Shown: positions 43,958-53,278 of the stretch, piece after piece
Layout: every line of letters starts with the position of its first letter
How positions within the stretch are numbered: position 1 is the first letter of the stretch
From: Hydrurus foetidus
Taxonomy: Eukaryota
Direction: 5' to 3'
Length of the DNA: 64,000 nucleotides
NCBI GenBank assembly: GCA_900617105.1
Contig: UYFQ01000005.1
Coordinates: 124,001-188,000 of the forward strand
The notes under the pieces: model-generated
The model's input: the letters and a program-made list of their open reading frames with translations, nothing else
Database searches by the model: none
Told to the model about the DNA's origin: nothing
Position numbers and translations under genes: made by a program

Positions 43958-44641
43958 ATGCGATTCAACGCTCTCTCACTTGTCGTCCTCCTTCTCGCCA
44001 GCCTGAGCGCCTGTGGCGGCGGGGGTGGCTCAACAAGCACAACGCCGCCCACAGCCACCAGCAACTCAACGGCCACAACAACGGTCGCCGCCAACACACT
44101 GCAAGTCCCCGTGTTGCGCGTTCATGACGGCGATACGCTGACGGTGCTGGACGCGGCCAAGCAAGAAATGCACATCCGCTTCAGCGGCATTGATGCACCC
44201 GAGACCGATCAGGCTTACGGCAGTGCGTCCGGTCAAAATGTGTCCAGCTTGGTGCTGGGTAAAACGGTGGGTGTGCATTGGGACAAGGTGGACATGTACG
44301 GGCGCTACGTGGGCATCATCACGCTGAACGGGCAAGACATCAATCTGTTGCAGATTGAGCGCGGCTTGGCGTGGCATTACAAAGCCTACGCGAGCGAGCA
44401 AACACCCCAAAATGCAGCCCTGTACGCCGCCGCAGAGACCAAGGCCAGAGCCGCCAAGGTGGGTTTGTGGGCAGACACGGCCCCTATGGCCCCGTGGGAT
44501 TGGCGCAAGCAGGGCGCGGTGACCCCCACCACCACGCCGACACCCAGCACGCCGGGCACCACGCCCGTTTGCTACACCGGGCCGAATGGCGGCACGTACA
44601 CGCTGACCGCTGCGGGCAATAAGAACTACGAAGGTTGCTGA
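43958..44641 (+). CDS. Thermonuclease (SNase)-family lipoprotein
   Basis: LSAC lipobox, Thr-rich linker, VHDGDT, IRFSGIDAPE, DMYGR, GLAW, PWDWR; C-terminal CYTGPNGG motif. Confidence 0.92.
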   Translation: MRFNALSLVVLLLASLSACGGGGGSTSTTPPTATSNSTATTTVAANTLQVPVLRVHDGDTLTVLDAAKQEMHIRFSGIDAPETDQAYGSASGQNVSSLVLGKTVGVHWDKVDMYGRYVGIITLNGQDINLLQIERGLAWHYKAYASEQTPQNAALYAAAETKARAAKVGLWADTAPMAPWDWRKQGAVTPTTTPTPSTPGTTPVCYTGPNGGTYTLTAAGNKNYEGC

Positions 44642-44647
44642 ACTATC

Positions 44648-44682
44648 AGCTTATTCCCTGATTTCTCCAACCCGACCAAGGC
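44648..44682 (-). pseudogene. Short remnant of the yceD 3' end
   Basis: AGCTTATT-CCCTGATTTCTCCAACCCGACCAAGGC vs 52004-52039 AGCTTATTTCCCTGATTTTTTCAACCCCGCCAACGC (30/36). Confidence 0.6.
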
Positions 44683-44734
44683 TGACGGAAAGCATGAACA
44701 GCATGTACAAACCAAACTGGATGCCCCTGCGATC

Positions 44735-45634
44735 TCAGAACACACCGCTGTCAGTCGTGAAATCGACCGCTTGAACCATCATGACTCGCAAGGCTTCTAC
44801 CAGCGGGCGCAGATCATTGCGCCGAGTGTGCAGCGCATAGTCCAGCGGGTCTAAGGGGTAAGGGCTGTGCAGACGCACCAGCACGCCCCTGGCCTCCAGC
44901 GCCTTGGCCCAGCCTACAGGCAACAAGCCGATACCACCGCCCTGTGCCAGCAGACCCACAATGGCACCCCATTGATTGCAGACCAATCGCCGTTGTGGCT
45001 GTGCACCGGCCCGCAGTAACCAAGCGTCAATGATGGGTGTAACGCCCGAGCCCAGGGGCAGCGTAACCAGCGGATGCAACTTCAAGGCTGTAGCGTCCAT
45101 CACCGTGAGGCCAGCGGCCACATCGGAGCGAGCACACCACGCAAATTCGGCCTGTGCCAGTCGGGTGCTCTGCAAAGCACTGCAGCGCGACTGCCCGGCA
45201 ATCACGGCCACGTCCAGTTCACCCCGGTCCAGTCTGTCGGCCAGGGCTTCGCCAATATCCACGTGCACCGTCACGTCAAGCTGAGGATGGGCGCGGCCCA
45301 TAGCAGCCACCAGACGCGGCAACCAGGTCAGGGCGCTGAGCTCACCTGCGCCAATGTGGCACGGCCCGCGCAAACCCGCCACCGCACCCATGTCCTGGCG
45401 CAAGCGCTCAGCCTGTTGCAGCAACGCCCCTGCCAATGGCAGCAACCGCGTGCCCGTCTCAGTCAACTCAGCGCGGTGTCCTGCCCGGTCAAAGAGGGAC
45501 TGACCCAGTGAGGCCTCCAGCTCGGTAATGCGCTTAGACAGCGAGGACACCGACAGATGCACACGCGCTGCCGCCATGGCAAAGGTGCTGCAGCTTGCCG
45601 CCCAGTAGAAGGCCTCCAGTTGTTTGAGTGTCAT
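44735..45634 (-). CDS. LysR-family regulator
   Basis: MTLKQLEAFYWAA..SVSSLSKRITELE. Confidence 0.93.
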   Translation of the reverse strand: MTLKQLEAFYWAASCSTFAMAAARVHLSVSSLSKRITELEASLGQSLFDRAGHRAELTETGTRLLPLAGALLQQAERLRQDMGAVAGLRGPCHIGAGELSALTWLPRLVAAMGRAHPQLDVTVHVDIGEALADRLDRGELDVAVIAGQSRCSALQSTRLAQAEFAWCARSDVAAGLTVMDATALKLHPLVTLPLGSGVTPIIDAWLLRAGAQPQRRLVCNQWGAIVGLLAQGGGIGLLPVGWAKALEARGVLVRLHSPYPLDPLDYALHTRRNDLRPLVEALRVMMVQAVDFTTDSGVF

Positions 45635-45774
45635 GCCGTGGTCATTTCAAATCAAATAGCAAAAAAGCATCAAGTTGTTTCTATAAAGCGAAAATGATAA
45701 TCGACTTAAAGTCGCTTTCTTAATTCAATGGAAATACCGACACTGGCGGCTGTTACACCCTTGGAAAGCTCACA

Positions 45775-47025
45775 GTGTCTGCATCCATCCCATCGAACGT
45801 GCCACGCAGCACCCCTGTCAACCCCTGGCAATCCTTCCAAGGCGCAAGCCGTAAGGGGCGCACGCGGAACCTGCTTTCGCTGGACGATTTTGAAAATGCC
45901 GCCAAGCGCGTTCTGCCCAGACCGATCTTTGGTTACGTGGCGGGTGCGGCGGAAAGCAACCACGCGCTGAACGACAACCGCCGTGCCTTTGATGAGCTGG
46001 CCTTTGTGCCACGGGTGTTGTGCAATGTGGCGCAGCGCCAGCAAGGCGTCACGCTGTTCGGCATGCCCTACAGCAGCCCTTTTGGCATTGCCCCCATGGG
46101 TATTGCTGCGCTGTCCGCCTACCGGGGCGACGTGGTGCTGGCACGTGCAGCCGCGCAAGCCCAGATTCCCGCCGTACTCAGCGGTTCATCCCTCATTCGG
46201 CTAGAAACCGTGATGGAAGCCGCTCCCGGCACCTGGTTCCAAGCCTACCTGCCAGGGGCAACAGACCGTATTGATGCCTTGCTGCGCCGCGTGGCGCAAG
46301 CCGGGGTGCAAACCTTGGTCATCACAGTGGACATTCCGGTAGCTGGCAACCGTGAAAACAACGTTCGCTCTGGCTTCTCTACCCCTTTGCGACCCAGCCT
46401 GCGCTTGGCATGGGACGGCTTGATTCGCCCGCGCTGGCTGGTGGGAACGATGTTGCGCACACTGGCCCGCCACGGTATGCCGCACTTTGAAAACTCGTTC
46501 GCCGAGCGCGGCGCACCTATTCTGTCTTCGCGTGTGCAACGTGACTTTGCAGCGCGAGATCACTTTGACTGGAGCCACATCGCCCACATCCGCCGCCAAT
46601 GGAAAGGCGCGTTGGTGGTCAAAGGCATCCTCAGCCCACTGGATGCATCGCTGGCCCGCCAGCACGGTGCGGACGGCATCATCGTCAGCAACCACGGGGG
46701 CCGCCAGTTGGACGGTGCAATTGCACCGCTGCGTGTGCTTCAGTCCGTGGTTGAACAGGCAGGGGACATGACGGTGATGTTGGATGGCGGTATCCGTCGT
46801 GGCACCGATGTGCTCAAGGCGCTGGCCCTGGGTGCCAAGGCCGTGTTCGTAGGTCGTCCCTTCAACTACGCTGCGGCGGTAGATGGCGAGTCAGGTGTGG
46901 CGTGTGCCATTGAGCTGCTGCGCGCCGAGGTTGACCGCAACCTGGCCATGCTGGGTGCCACTGCCTGCAAAGAACTCGGGCCAGCGCACCTGATGAACAG
47001 AACATCGCCCTTACGACATCCCTGA
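45775..47025 (+). CDS. FMN-dependent alpha-hydroxy acid dehydrogenase/oxidase (LldD/MdlB family)
   Basis: GIAPMG, ITVD, VKGI, SNHGGRQLD, DGGIRRGTD. GTG start. Confidence 0.92.
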   Translation: MSASIPSNVPRSTPVNPWQSFQGASRKGRTRNLLSLDDFENAAKRVLPRPIFGYVAGAAESNHALNDNRRAFDELAFVPRVLCNVAQRQQGVTLFGMPYSSPFGIAPMGIAALSAYRGDVVLARAAAQAQIPAVLSGSSLIRLETVMEAAPGTWFQAYLPGATDRIDALLRRVAQAGVQTLVITVDIPVAGNRENNVRSGFSTPLRPSLRLAWDGLIRPRWLVGTMLRTLARHGMPHFENSFAERGAPILSSRVQRDFAARDHFDWSHIAHIRRQWKGALVVKGILSPLDASLARQHGADGIIVSNHGGRQLDGAIAPLRVLQSVVEQAGDMTVMLDGGIRRGTDVLKALALGAKAVFVGRPFNYAAAVDGESGVACAIELLRAEVDRNLAMLGATACKELGPAHLMNRTSPLRHP

Positions 47026-47078
47026 AAGCGCATGAGCGCCACTGCCTTGCCTAATCATCCACCACCACAGATACCCAC

Positions 47079-48074
47079 ATGAACCAGCTCCACAAAAACC
47101 TTCTGATGCACCACTTACTGGCAGCCACAACCTTGCTCGCCAGCACCCTGGGCGGCATGCCCGTTATGGCCCAGGATTACCCCAACAAATCGGTACGACT
47201 GATCGTGCCTTTTGCGGCTGGCGGCACCACCGACATCATCGCCCGGGTGGTGTCCAGCGGCACAGCAGCTGTGCTAGGCCAAGCCCTTGTCGTTGACAAC
47301 AAAGGCGGCGGTGGAGGCTCTATTGGCACCCTGGAGCTGGCCCGCCAGCGCCCCGACGGCTACACCCTGGGCATGGCCACCGTTTCAACCACCGCGTCTG
47401 GCCCTGCGATCAACAAAAAGATCGGCTACGACCCGCTCACCGATTTCACACCCATCATCAACATAGCAGCCACGCCTAACGTGATCGCCGTACACCCGGA
47501 CTTCCCGGCACGGGATTACAAAACATTCTTGCAGACCATCAAAAGCAACCCCGGCAAATACAGCTTTGCCAGCGCAGGCACAGCGTCTATCGGTCACATG
47601 CAAATGGAATTGTTCAAAAGCCTGTCCGGCACCTTCATGACGCACATTCCCTACCGGGGATCAGGCCCGGCCCTGAACGATACCGTGGCAGGCCAGGTAC
47701 CCATCGTTTTCGACAACCTGCCCTCCGCCCTGCCCTTCATCAAATCAGGCCAGCTGATAGCCATCGTGGTGGCGGCACCGCAGCGTCTGACGCAATTGCC
47801 TACCGTACCCACGTTCAAGGAGATGGGGTTGGACGCCGTGAACCGCATGGCCTACTACGGCGTGGTTGGCCCCAAAGGGCTGCCCCGTGCAGTGGTGGAC
47901 AAAGTGGCCACAGCCATTAAGCGCACGGCTGAACAGCCCGATGTAAAAAAACGCATTGAGGACACCGGCTCGATACTGATCCTGAATACCCCGGACGAGT
48001 TTGCAGCCCAGGTTCGCACCGAGCTGGAGGTATACAAACGGGTGGTGGAAAAGCAAAAGCTCACACTGGATTGA
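47079..48074 (+). CDS. Bug/TctC tripartite tricarboxylate transporter substrate-binding protein
   Basis: YPNKSVRLIVPFAAGGTTD, PDGYTL, HIPYRGSGPA. Confidence 0.93.
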   Translation: MNQLHKNLLMHHLLAATTLLASTLGGMPVMAQDYPNKSVRLIVPFAAGGTTDIIARVVSSGTAAVLGQALVVDNKGGGGGSIGTLELARQRPDGYTLGMATVSTTASGPAINKKIGYDPLTDFTPIINIAATPNVIAVHPDFPARDYKTFLQTIKSNPGKYSFASAGTASIGHMQMELFKSLSGTFMTHIPYRGSGPALNDTVAGQVPIVFDNLPSALPFIKSGQLIAIVVAAPQRLTQLPTVPTFKEMGLDAVNRMAYYGVVGPKGLPRAVVDKVATAIKRTAEQPDVKKRIEDTGSILILNTPDEFAAQVRTELEVYKRVVEKQKLTLD

Positions 48075-48249
48075 CAATCCCCCGGGGGGGAAACAATAAA
48101 GCAGGTTCTGGGCGCTGTGGGTGTTGTGCCTGCCCGCATTCCGGGCTTAAAGCTGACGTTGTAGCTTCTCATGCATAAGCAGACATGGTGTCCAGCGTGG
48201 CAGCGATGCCCTGTGGATCGCTGTAGCGTCGGAGTGGAACCGAGACAGG

Positions 48250-49071
48250 CTAGAAGTGGTATTGCGCCCGCAGCATCGGTGTCTTGGCCAGCGAGCCAGG
48301 CACATTGGACGGGTTGCCAAATTTGTTGCGCCAGTACTGGTAGCCCACACCGGCGCGAAAGGTGTTTTTACCTGCCCCCATCAGCGTGCCCACGTCGTAA
48401 AACAAGGTAGCGTCAATGTTGGTCTCAGGCGAAGTGCCACCGCCAAACTCGTTGCTGCCTTTGGCTGCGATGTAGTTCATGAAGCCCTCAAACGACAAAC
48501 CCGGCACCGCGCTGACGGGAATGCCCCAGGCAGCCGTCAGCATGGGGTGGGTTTTGTAGGTGTAGCGGCTGGTAATGCTTTTGGGCATATTGCTTTCTTG
48601 CAAGACCAGCAGGCTGACGTTCAAAAAGCCGGGCACGTTCATCATCAGCGTGGGGCCAACCACCAACATGCGTTTTTTGGAGGCATAGCCGGTGTCATTT
48701 TTGGTGTTCCAGTCAAAACCCGCTGTGAGGCCAACACCACGCACGGGGCCAAACGCATAGGTTTTGCCGGTGATTTTGCCCATGTCCAGCGTGTTGCGGT
48801 AGACCACGTAAGCCTCTTGTGCGCTCCCGTCCACGCCATCGGACTGCAACAAATCCACGTTCAGGTAATTACTGCCGTACTTGTAGCCGCTGGCGTGGGT
48901 GATGTTGACGATGTCTTTGGCAATTTTTTTGCCGTTAAAGGGCTCTTGAAAATTGCTGCCGTAGCGGTACCCGATGGAAGTGTCGCTCCATTCAGCAGCT
49001 TGAGCAGATTGGCCAGCAGCCAAAGCGGAAGCGGCGGCGATAAGCACTGCGCCAGTTTTTTTGAAATTCAT
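48250..49071 (-). CDS. Outer-membrane beta-barrel, Tsx-like nucleoside/purine channel
   Basis: Signal peptide AQA|AEWSD, HASGYKYGSNY, YQYWRNKFG, C-terminal Phe. Confidence 0.75.
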   Translation of the reverse strand: MNFKKTGAVLIAAASALAAGQSAQAAEWSDTSIGYRYGSNFQEPFNGKKIAKDIVNITHASGYKYGSNYLNVDLLQSDGVDGSAQEAYVVYRNTLDMGKITGKTYAFGPVRGVGLTAGFDWNTKNDTGYASKKRMLVVGPTLMMNVPGFLNVSLLVLQESNMPKSITSRYTYKTHPMLTAAWGIPVSAVPGLSFEGFMNYIAAKGSNEFGGGTSPETNIDATLFYDVGTLMGAGKNTFRAGVGYQYWRNKFGNPSNVPGSLAKTPMLRAQYHF

Positions 49072-49116
49072 CGGGTGCCCTTTGAGGTTGATTTGAAAAA
49101 CAAGAACCTCAGGAAT

Positions 49117-49132
49117 TGCAAGCATCATGCCA
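49117..49132 (-). promoter_or_regulatory. Putative sigma-54 promoter of the Tsx-like gene
   Basis: Minus strand TGGCAT-GATGC-TTGCA; NtrC-like boxes upstream (49172-49188, half site 49213-49219). Confidence 0.65.
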
Positions 49133-49255
49133 ATCCTGAGGGGCGCTTTCACATCAAAAACAAGAGCACGCTACGCCTATTTGGTGCGCTTTTCACCAGA
49201 AGAATAAGGGTATGCACCAATACGACAATTGCGGATGAACTGCCGTTCGTCAAAG

Positions 49256-49403
49256 GCTCATTGAAAAGCATATTTCCCTGATTTTTCAGCACAGGCAACG
49301 CTGGAAACGGGATTTCTTTGACAGGGGGACACGTCATGCACCGTCACCATCGGCAGCTACATCAGCAACTCGTCCTCGATCAGCGCTGGCAGGTGAGCGG
49401 CAC
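49256..49403 (-). pseudogene. Internally deleted duplicate of yceD
   Basis: Three colinear blocks match 51993-52060, 52111-52175 and 52308-52330; the second junction lies at a shared CAGCGCT. Confidence 0.88.
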
Positions 49404-49547
49404 ACCGCACATCACGCTCCTGAACACCCAACCCTGGTGGTGAATCTGGTGCTTGGGATAGCAAATCGGGCGATTCACGCGTATTGAGGGTGTTTCAACG
49501 GTGTGATACTTGACCCCATGAGGTTGAAACGCCTGTCCGTAAATAAA

Positions 49548-50000
49548 CTAAAGAATCTTGCTGAAGCTGACGGTACTTCCAAGCGGGTAGGATGATCGGC
49601 AGTTATACCCTTGGGCTGCGCCAAGTGGACTTGACGATACTGACGCGATTACAGCATTAACGCCTTGAGTAAAGAAGCTTAAGCCTAAGGTCAGATTGCA
49701 AGCTCGGTAGGCTGCATAACCATTTATTGTCGCTGTACTGCCAGTGATTGTTCCATTTCGTACAGTAAAAACATCAAGAACAGAAGGATAAACCGTACCA
49801 CCTGCAGTGGATAAAGATACACCAGTTACATCATTAACACTATAAAGTGTGGTGATTAATGTTGAGTTACTCTGATAGACAGTAAGGTAAGTACTCTGAG
49901 ACACATCATCCAAATATATTCCATCGTATAGCCCAGCTGCATAGGCCACGCCAAAAAAATGACTGATAAATAAACTTAAAATAATTATTTGTTTTTTCAT
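49548..50000 (-). CDS. Secreted hypothetical protein homologous to the C-terminal domain of the adjacent peptidase
   Basis: Signal peptide (AYA|A); AT-rich; shares GIY, TLITT.YS, AGG, FTV.NGT, GY...R.CN and terminal KIL with the neighbour. Confidence 0.8.
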   Translation of the reverse strand: MKKQIIILSLFISHFFGVAYAAGLYDGIYLDDVSQSTYLTVYQSNSTLITTLYSVNDVTGVSLSTAGGTVYPSVLDVFTVRNGTITGSTATINGYAAYRACNLTLGLSFFTQGVNAVIASVSSSPLGAAQGYNCRSSYPLGSTVSFSKIL

Positions 50001-50010
50001 TTCTATTAAT

Positions 50011-51717
50011 TCACAGTATTTTTTTCCAAATTAAAACAGTACCAACTTTATCGGCAACTTGACAAGCTATATTTTGCGAAACACCTGAAGCGCTGGCGCT
50101 TGATGCAGTAATAGTTGATGTTGCGGTAGTTGCCGTAAATGCAATCGCAACAGAAATATTACAAGTGCGAAAATTATCATAACCACTGACTGCTCCCTGC
50201 AGCCCATTGACTGTACCATTGAGTACTGTAAAGTAATCAATGTATTCTGGATTTATATAACCGCCTGCCAATTTTAAAAATAAAGTAGAAGAAAGAAAAC
50301 CTGAATATGTAGTGGTTATTAATGTGTTGTTATTTTTATAAGCAGTCATATAAAGTCCAGCATTGGAAATGCTTTGGTATATACCTGAAATATCAATCGA
50401 TGGTGCCGTTGGCGTACTGGTGCCACTGTTAACTGATGCGCGAAAATTAGCCACAGATAAGGCCGAACCATTGAGGACACGGCTGTTATCTGCGCTGCCA
50501 GTAATCCCTGTCGATCGTCCATTAAAGCTTACTGTGGGATTAGAAAAATACTGTATTCGAGTGCAGTCAACACCGACCGCTACGCAGGCGGTGTTGTAAG
50601 ACATGATGGTCCTCCATTTGCCTGGTACGTTCACGAGTCCGTGGGCATAGGCCAAAGGTGTTGTGGAGCTGTCTACGAACGTATCGTGTTTGGCACCACT
50701 GTTGTGCCCCATTTCGTGTGAAAAGGAATAGTTGCCTGTTGCACACCCGCGTGTTGTCACCGAAAAACCCAGGGTTTCATCGCTGTTCACCCAACCTAAT
50801 CCGCAGGCTGTTGCGTCTTCAATCCAAAAACTGACAAGGTCTGCCCCATAGGTATTTCTGGTCGTATGAATACTGTCCAGGCAACCATCCGTTTTAGAGG
50901 TGATGCAATTCAAGGCTGCTGCGAATACGTCAGGATTCTTGTTCAATGATTCGCTGAAAGCGACTTCTTCTGAGCGAACGACCCGTACTCGTTGCGAAAT
51001 CCCACTGTTTTGGTAAGCCATATTGGACTCGGCAACAGCGAGATCAATCAACGTTGTTATCGCAGCTGTGCCACCCGCAGCAGCACGAGCAGCGGCGGTG
51101 TAGACCACCAAAACATCAATCATGCTGCCGTCATCCGCTTGGGCTACCGCTATATTTTTTAACGCACTGACTTTGTCAGGCGCAGACAAAGGACCAGAAG
51201 GCGGATGATCAGGTGGGAATTGTGAAGAGTCAATTTGCTCAATCCGGTACATGCCAGGTTGAACATACCGAATATGAAACCTTGCGTCTGGCATTGTGAT
51301 ATTGCCCGATACGATGCCATTGCTAACTGCCAAGACAACAGCGCTGTCCTGCACGCCTACCAAGCGTCCCGTCCATGAAAAACCGCGCTCTGTTTTCGTA
51401 ACCTCAGACGCAACAGCAGTAAAACTTGCATCTTCAAACAGATTCAGTATCACCGTTGGGGTATCAATTACATCCTTGTTCGCTGTTGAACCTAACGCAA
51501 CGACTTGAGGCAGATTGATCGACATCTCTCGGGAGCGAATAACTTGCTTGTCTGTACTGGATGCTGAAGCAGAGCGTGGAAATTGCAAGGTTATTGGTGC
51601 GAACAACATACCAACGCTAGCCTGCGCAACCGCTTGAGGGGGCGCAATAAAGAACAATCCCAATGAGGATACCCCAATATATAGCAAGCCGAAAAAAGAG
51701 CGTTTTATAATATTCAT
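50011..51717 (-). CDS. Secreted reprolysin-like (M12) zinc metallopeptidase with unassigned C-terminal domain
   Basis: Signal peptide, IDVLVVYT, ADLV, CGLGW, HEMGHNSGAKH (HExxHxxGxxH), Met-turn TIMSY; AT-rich. Confidence 0.88.
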   Translation of the reverse strand: MNIIKRSFFGLLYIGVSSLGLFFIAPPQAVAQASVGMLFAPITLQFPRSASASSTDKQVIRSREMSINLPQVVALGSTANKDVIDTPTVILNLFEDASFTAVASEVTKTERGFSWTGRLVGVQDSAVVLAVSNGIVSGNITMPDARFHIRYVQPGMYRIEQIDSSQFPPDHPPSGPLSAPDKVSALKNIAVAQADDGSMIDVLVVYTAAARAAAGGTAAITTLIDLAVAESNMAYQNSGISQRVRVVRSEEVAFSESLNKNPDVFAAALNCITSKTDGCLDSIHTTRNTYGADLVSFWIEDATACGLGWVNSDETLGFSVTTRGCATGNYSFSHEMGHNSGAKHDTFVDSSTTPLAYAHGLVNVPGKWRTIMSYNTACVAVGVDCTRIQYFSNPTVSFNGRSTGITGSADNSRVLNGSALSVANFRASVNSGTSTPTAPSIDISGIYQSISNAGLYMTAYKNNNTLITTTYSGFLSSTLFLKLAGGYINPEYIDYFTVLNGTVNGLQGAVSGYDNFRTCNISVAIAFTATTATSTITASSASASGVSQNIACQVADKVGTVLIWKKIL

Positions 51718-52006
51718 CGATTTAAAAAATAAATTGCAACAACTCAATGATAAAGAGCTTTGAGAAACCTTAGTACAAATAAAAATTCATGCTACTAACA
51801 TGGTATTTGAAAATGAGTAATGCTATCGCAGCCTAGGCTACTTTGCGGCACAACAGTCTTATTCAGTTTACTCGTTGAGGGTGGCTTTGTCACATAAATA
51901 CTTTGCAGGCCCAGGGCTGTTCCTGTCGTTTGACGCTACCCGCCTCGGAGGAAGCTATTTGTGCAACAAAGTCCTTCAGACTTGAACTCGACGCTCATTG
52001 AAAAGC

Positions 52007-52564
52007 TTATTTCCCTGATTTTTTCAACCCCGCCAACGCGGCAAAGGGGTTTTCTTTGGCGGACACAGCCTCTGCAAACCCAGCATCCGCTACTTGCAGC
52101 TTCACTTTGACGGGGCACACGTCATGCACCGGCACCATAGGCAACGACATCAGCAACTCGTCCTCAACCAGCGCTTGCAAATCAAACGTGTGGCTGGTGA
52201 CGAGCAAATCTTCTTCAGCATCGTCGTCTTGCGCCTCGGCGGTGGCCTCGTCCGCGACAAAGCGAAACCAGCGGTCAGCGTACAAATCAGCGTCCATGCG
52301 GGTCAGGCAGCGCTGGCAGGTGAGCGGCACGCAGGCATCTGCGGTGATGTGCAGCCAGGCCTGCGAAGGCTCACCGTGTTTTTCGCGCCACTCACCTTGG
52401 GCAGTCCATTCCACGGTGGAATCCGTGGGTGAATCAGCGTCAGGTGCAAGGCTCTCATGGGTTAGGCGCTCATATTTTGAGAGTGGATCAGTAGCGCAAA
52501 GCGTGGCATTAGCCAGGGCAAAGGCTTGAACATCAAGGCGTAGGGGGTCAAACTCTGTAGTCAT
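52007..52564 (-). CDS. yceD: YceD / DUF177 family protein
   Basis: LTCQRCL, LVEDELLMSLPMVPVHDVCP, ENPFAALAGLKK; divergent from maf. Start 52564. Confidence 0.93.
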   Translation of the reverse strand: MTTEFDPLRLDVQAFALANATLCATDPLSKYERLTHESLAPDADSPTDSTVEWTAQGEWREKHGEPSQAWLHITADACVPLTCQRCLTRMDADLYADRWFRFVADEATAEAQDDDAEEDLLVTSHTFDLQALVEDELLMSLPMVPVHDVCPVKVKLQVADAGFAEAVSAKENPFAALAGLKKSGK

Positions 52565-52633
52565 GGGGGCAGTGTAAAAGAAAGCCGGAAGGCATACAGC
52601 GGCAAGCGCCGCCGAATCCGCGAAAATCAGCGG

Positions 52634-53278
52634 ATGACCTCTGTGCCCTCCCCCCTCCTTTACGCCGCCCCCACCACCCCATCCCATCCACCCGGACAAG
52701 CCCGCCGCCTGATTCTCGGCTCCAGTTCGCGCTACCGGCGTGAGCTGCTCCAGCGCTTGCGGCTGCCCTTTGACGTGCATTCGCCGGATGTAGACGAAAC
52801 CCCGCTGCCCGGCGAAGCCCCGTCCGCCCTCGCCTGCCGCCTCGCCGTCGCCAAAGCCCGTGCCGTGGCGGCGCTGTACCCCGATGCGGTGGTGATTGGT
52901 TCTGACCAGGTGGCGGATCTGAACGGCGAGCCGCTGGGCAAGCCGGGCAACCACGCGCGGGCTGTCGCGCAACTGCGGCGGATGCGCGGGCAATCGGTGG
53001 TGTTTCAAACGGCGGTGGCGGTGGCTTGTCTGGCGACAGGCTTTGAGCAGATGCTGCTGGCCCCGGTGCGGGTGCAGTTCCGTGATCTGGACGATGCGGA
53101 AATCGAAAGCTATTTGCGTGCCGAAGAACCCTATGACTGCGCAGGCAGCGCCAAAAGCGAAGGTTTGGGCATTGCGCTGCTCTCGCGCATCGACAACGAT
53201 GACCCCAGCGCCTTGGTGGGCCTGCCACTGATCCGCACCTGCGAACTGTTACGCGCCGCTGGCGTGAAGGTGCTGTGA
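52634..53278 (+). CDS. maf: Maf/YceF nucleoside triphosphate pyrophosphatase
   Basis: LILGSSSRYRRELL, VDETP, IGSDQV, PYDCAGS, LVGLP. Confidence 0.94.
   Translation: MTSVPSPLLYAAPTTPSHPPGQARRLILGSSSRYRRELLQRLRLPFDVHSPDVDETPLPGEAPSALACRLAVAKARAVAALYPDAVVIGSDQVADLNGEPLGKPGNHARAVAQLRRMRGQSVVFQTAVAVACLATGFEQMLLAPVRVQFRDLDDAEIESYLRAEEPYDCAGSAKSEGLGIALLSRIDNDDPSALVGLPLIRTCELLRAAGVKVL

Noticed and set aside
49488..49533. GTTTCAAC...GTTGAAAC inverted repeat resembling a CRISPR repeat end or IS terminus
   Set aside because: Single inverted pair with no spacer array, cas gene or transposase; at most a hairpin after the cassette.
52467..52530. Further candidate copies of the dispersed motif (yceD 52467; also 61460, 11307, 63414)
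   Set aside because: Only part of the fixed-spacing pattern matches; not counted without a PWM score.
52565..53008. N-terminal extension of yceD in the ORF track; similar extensions for apbC, tldD, dcd and the hybrid kinase
   Set aside because: Family similarity begins at later ATGs and several extensions overlap neighbouring genes or promoters.
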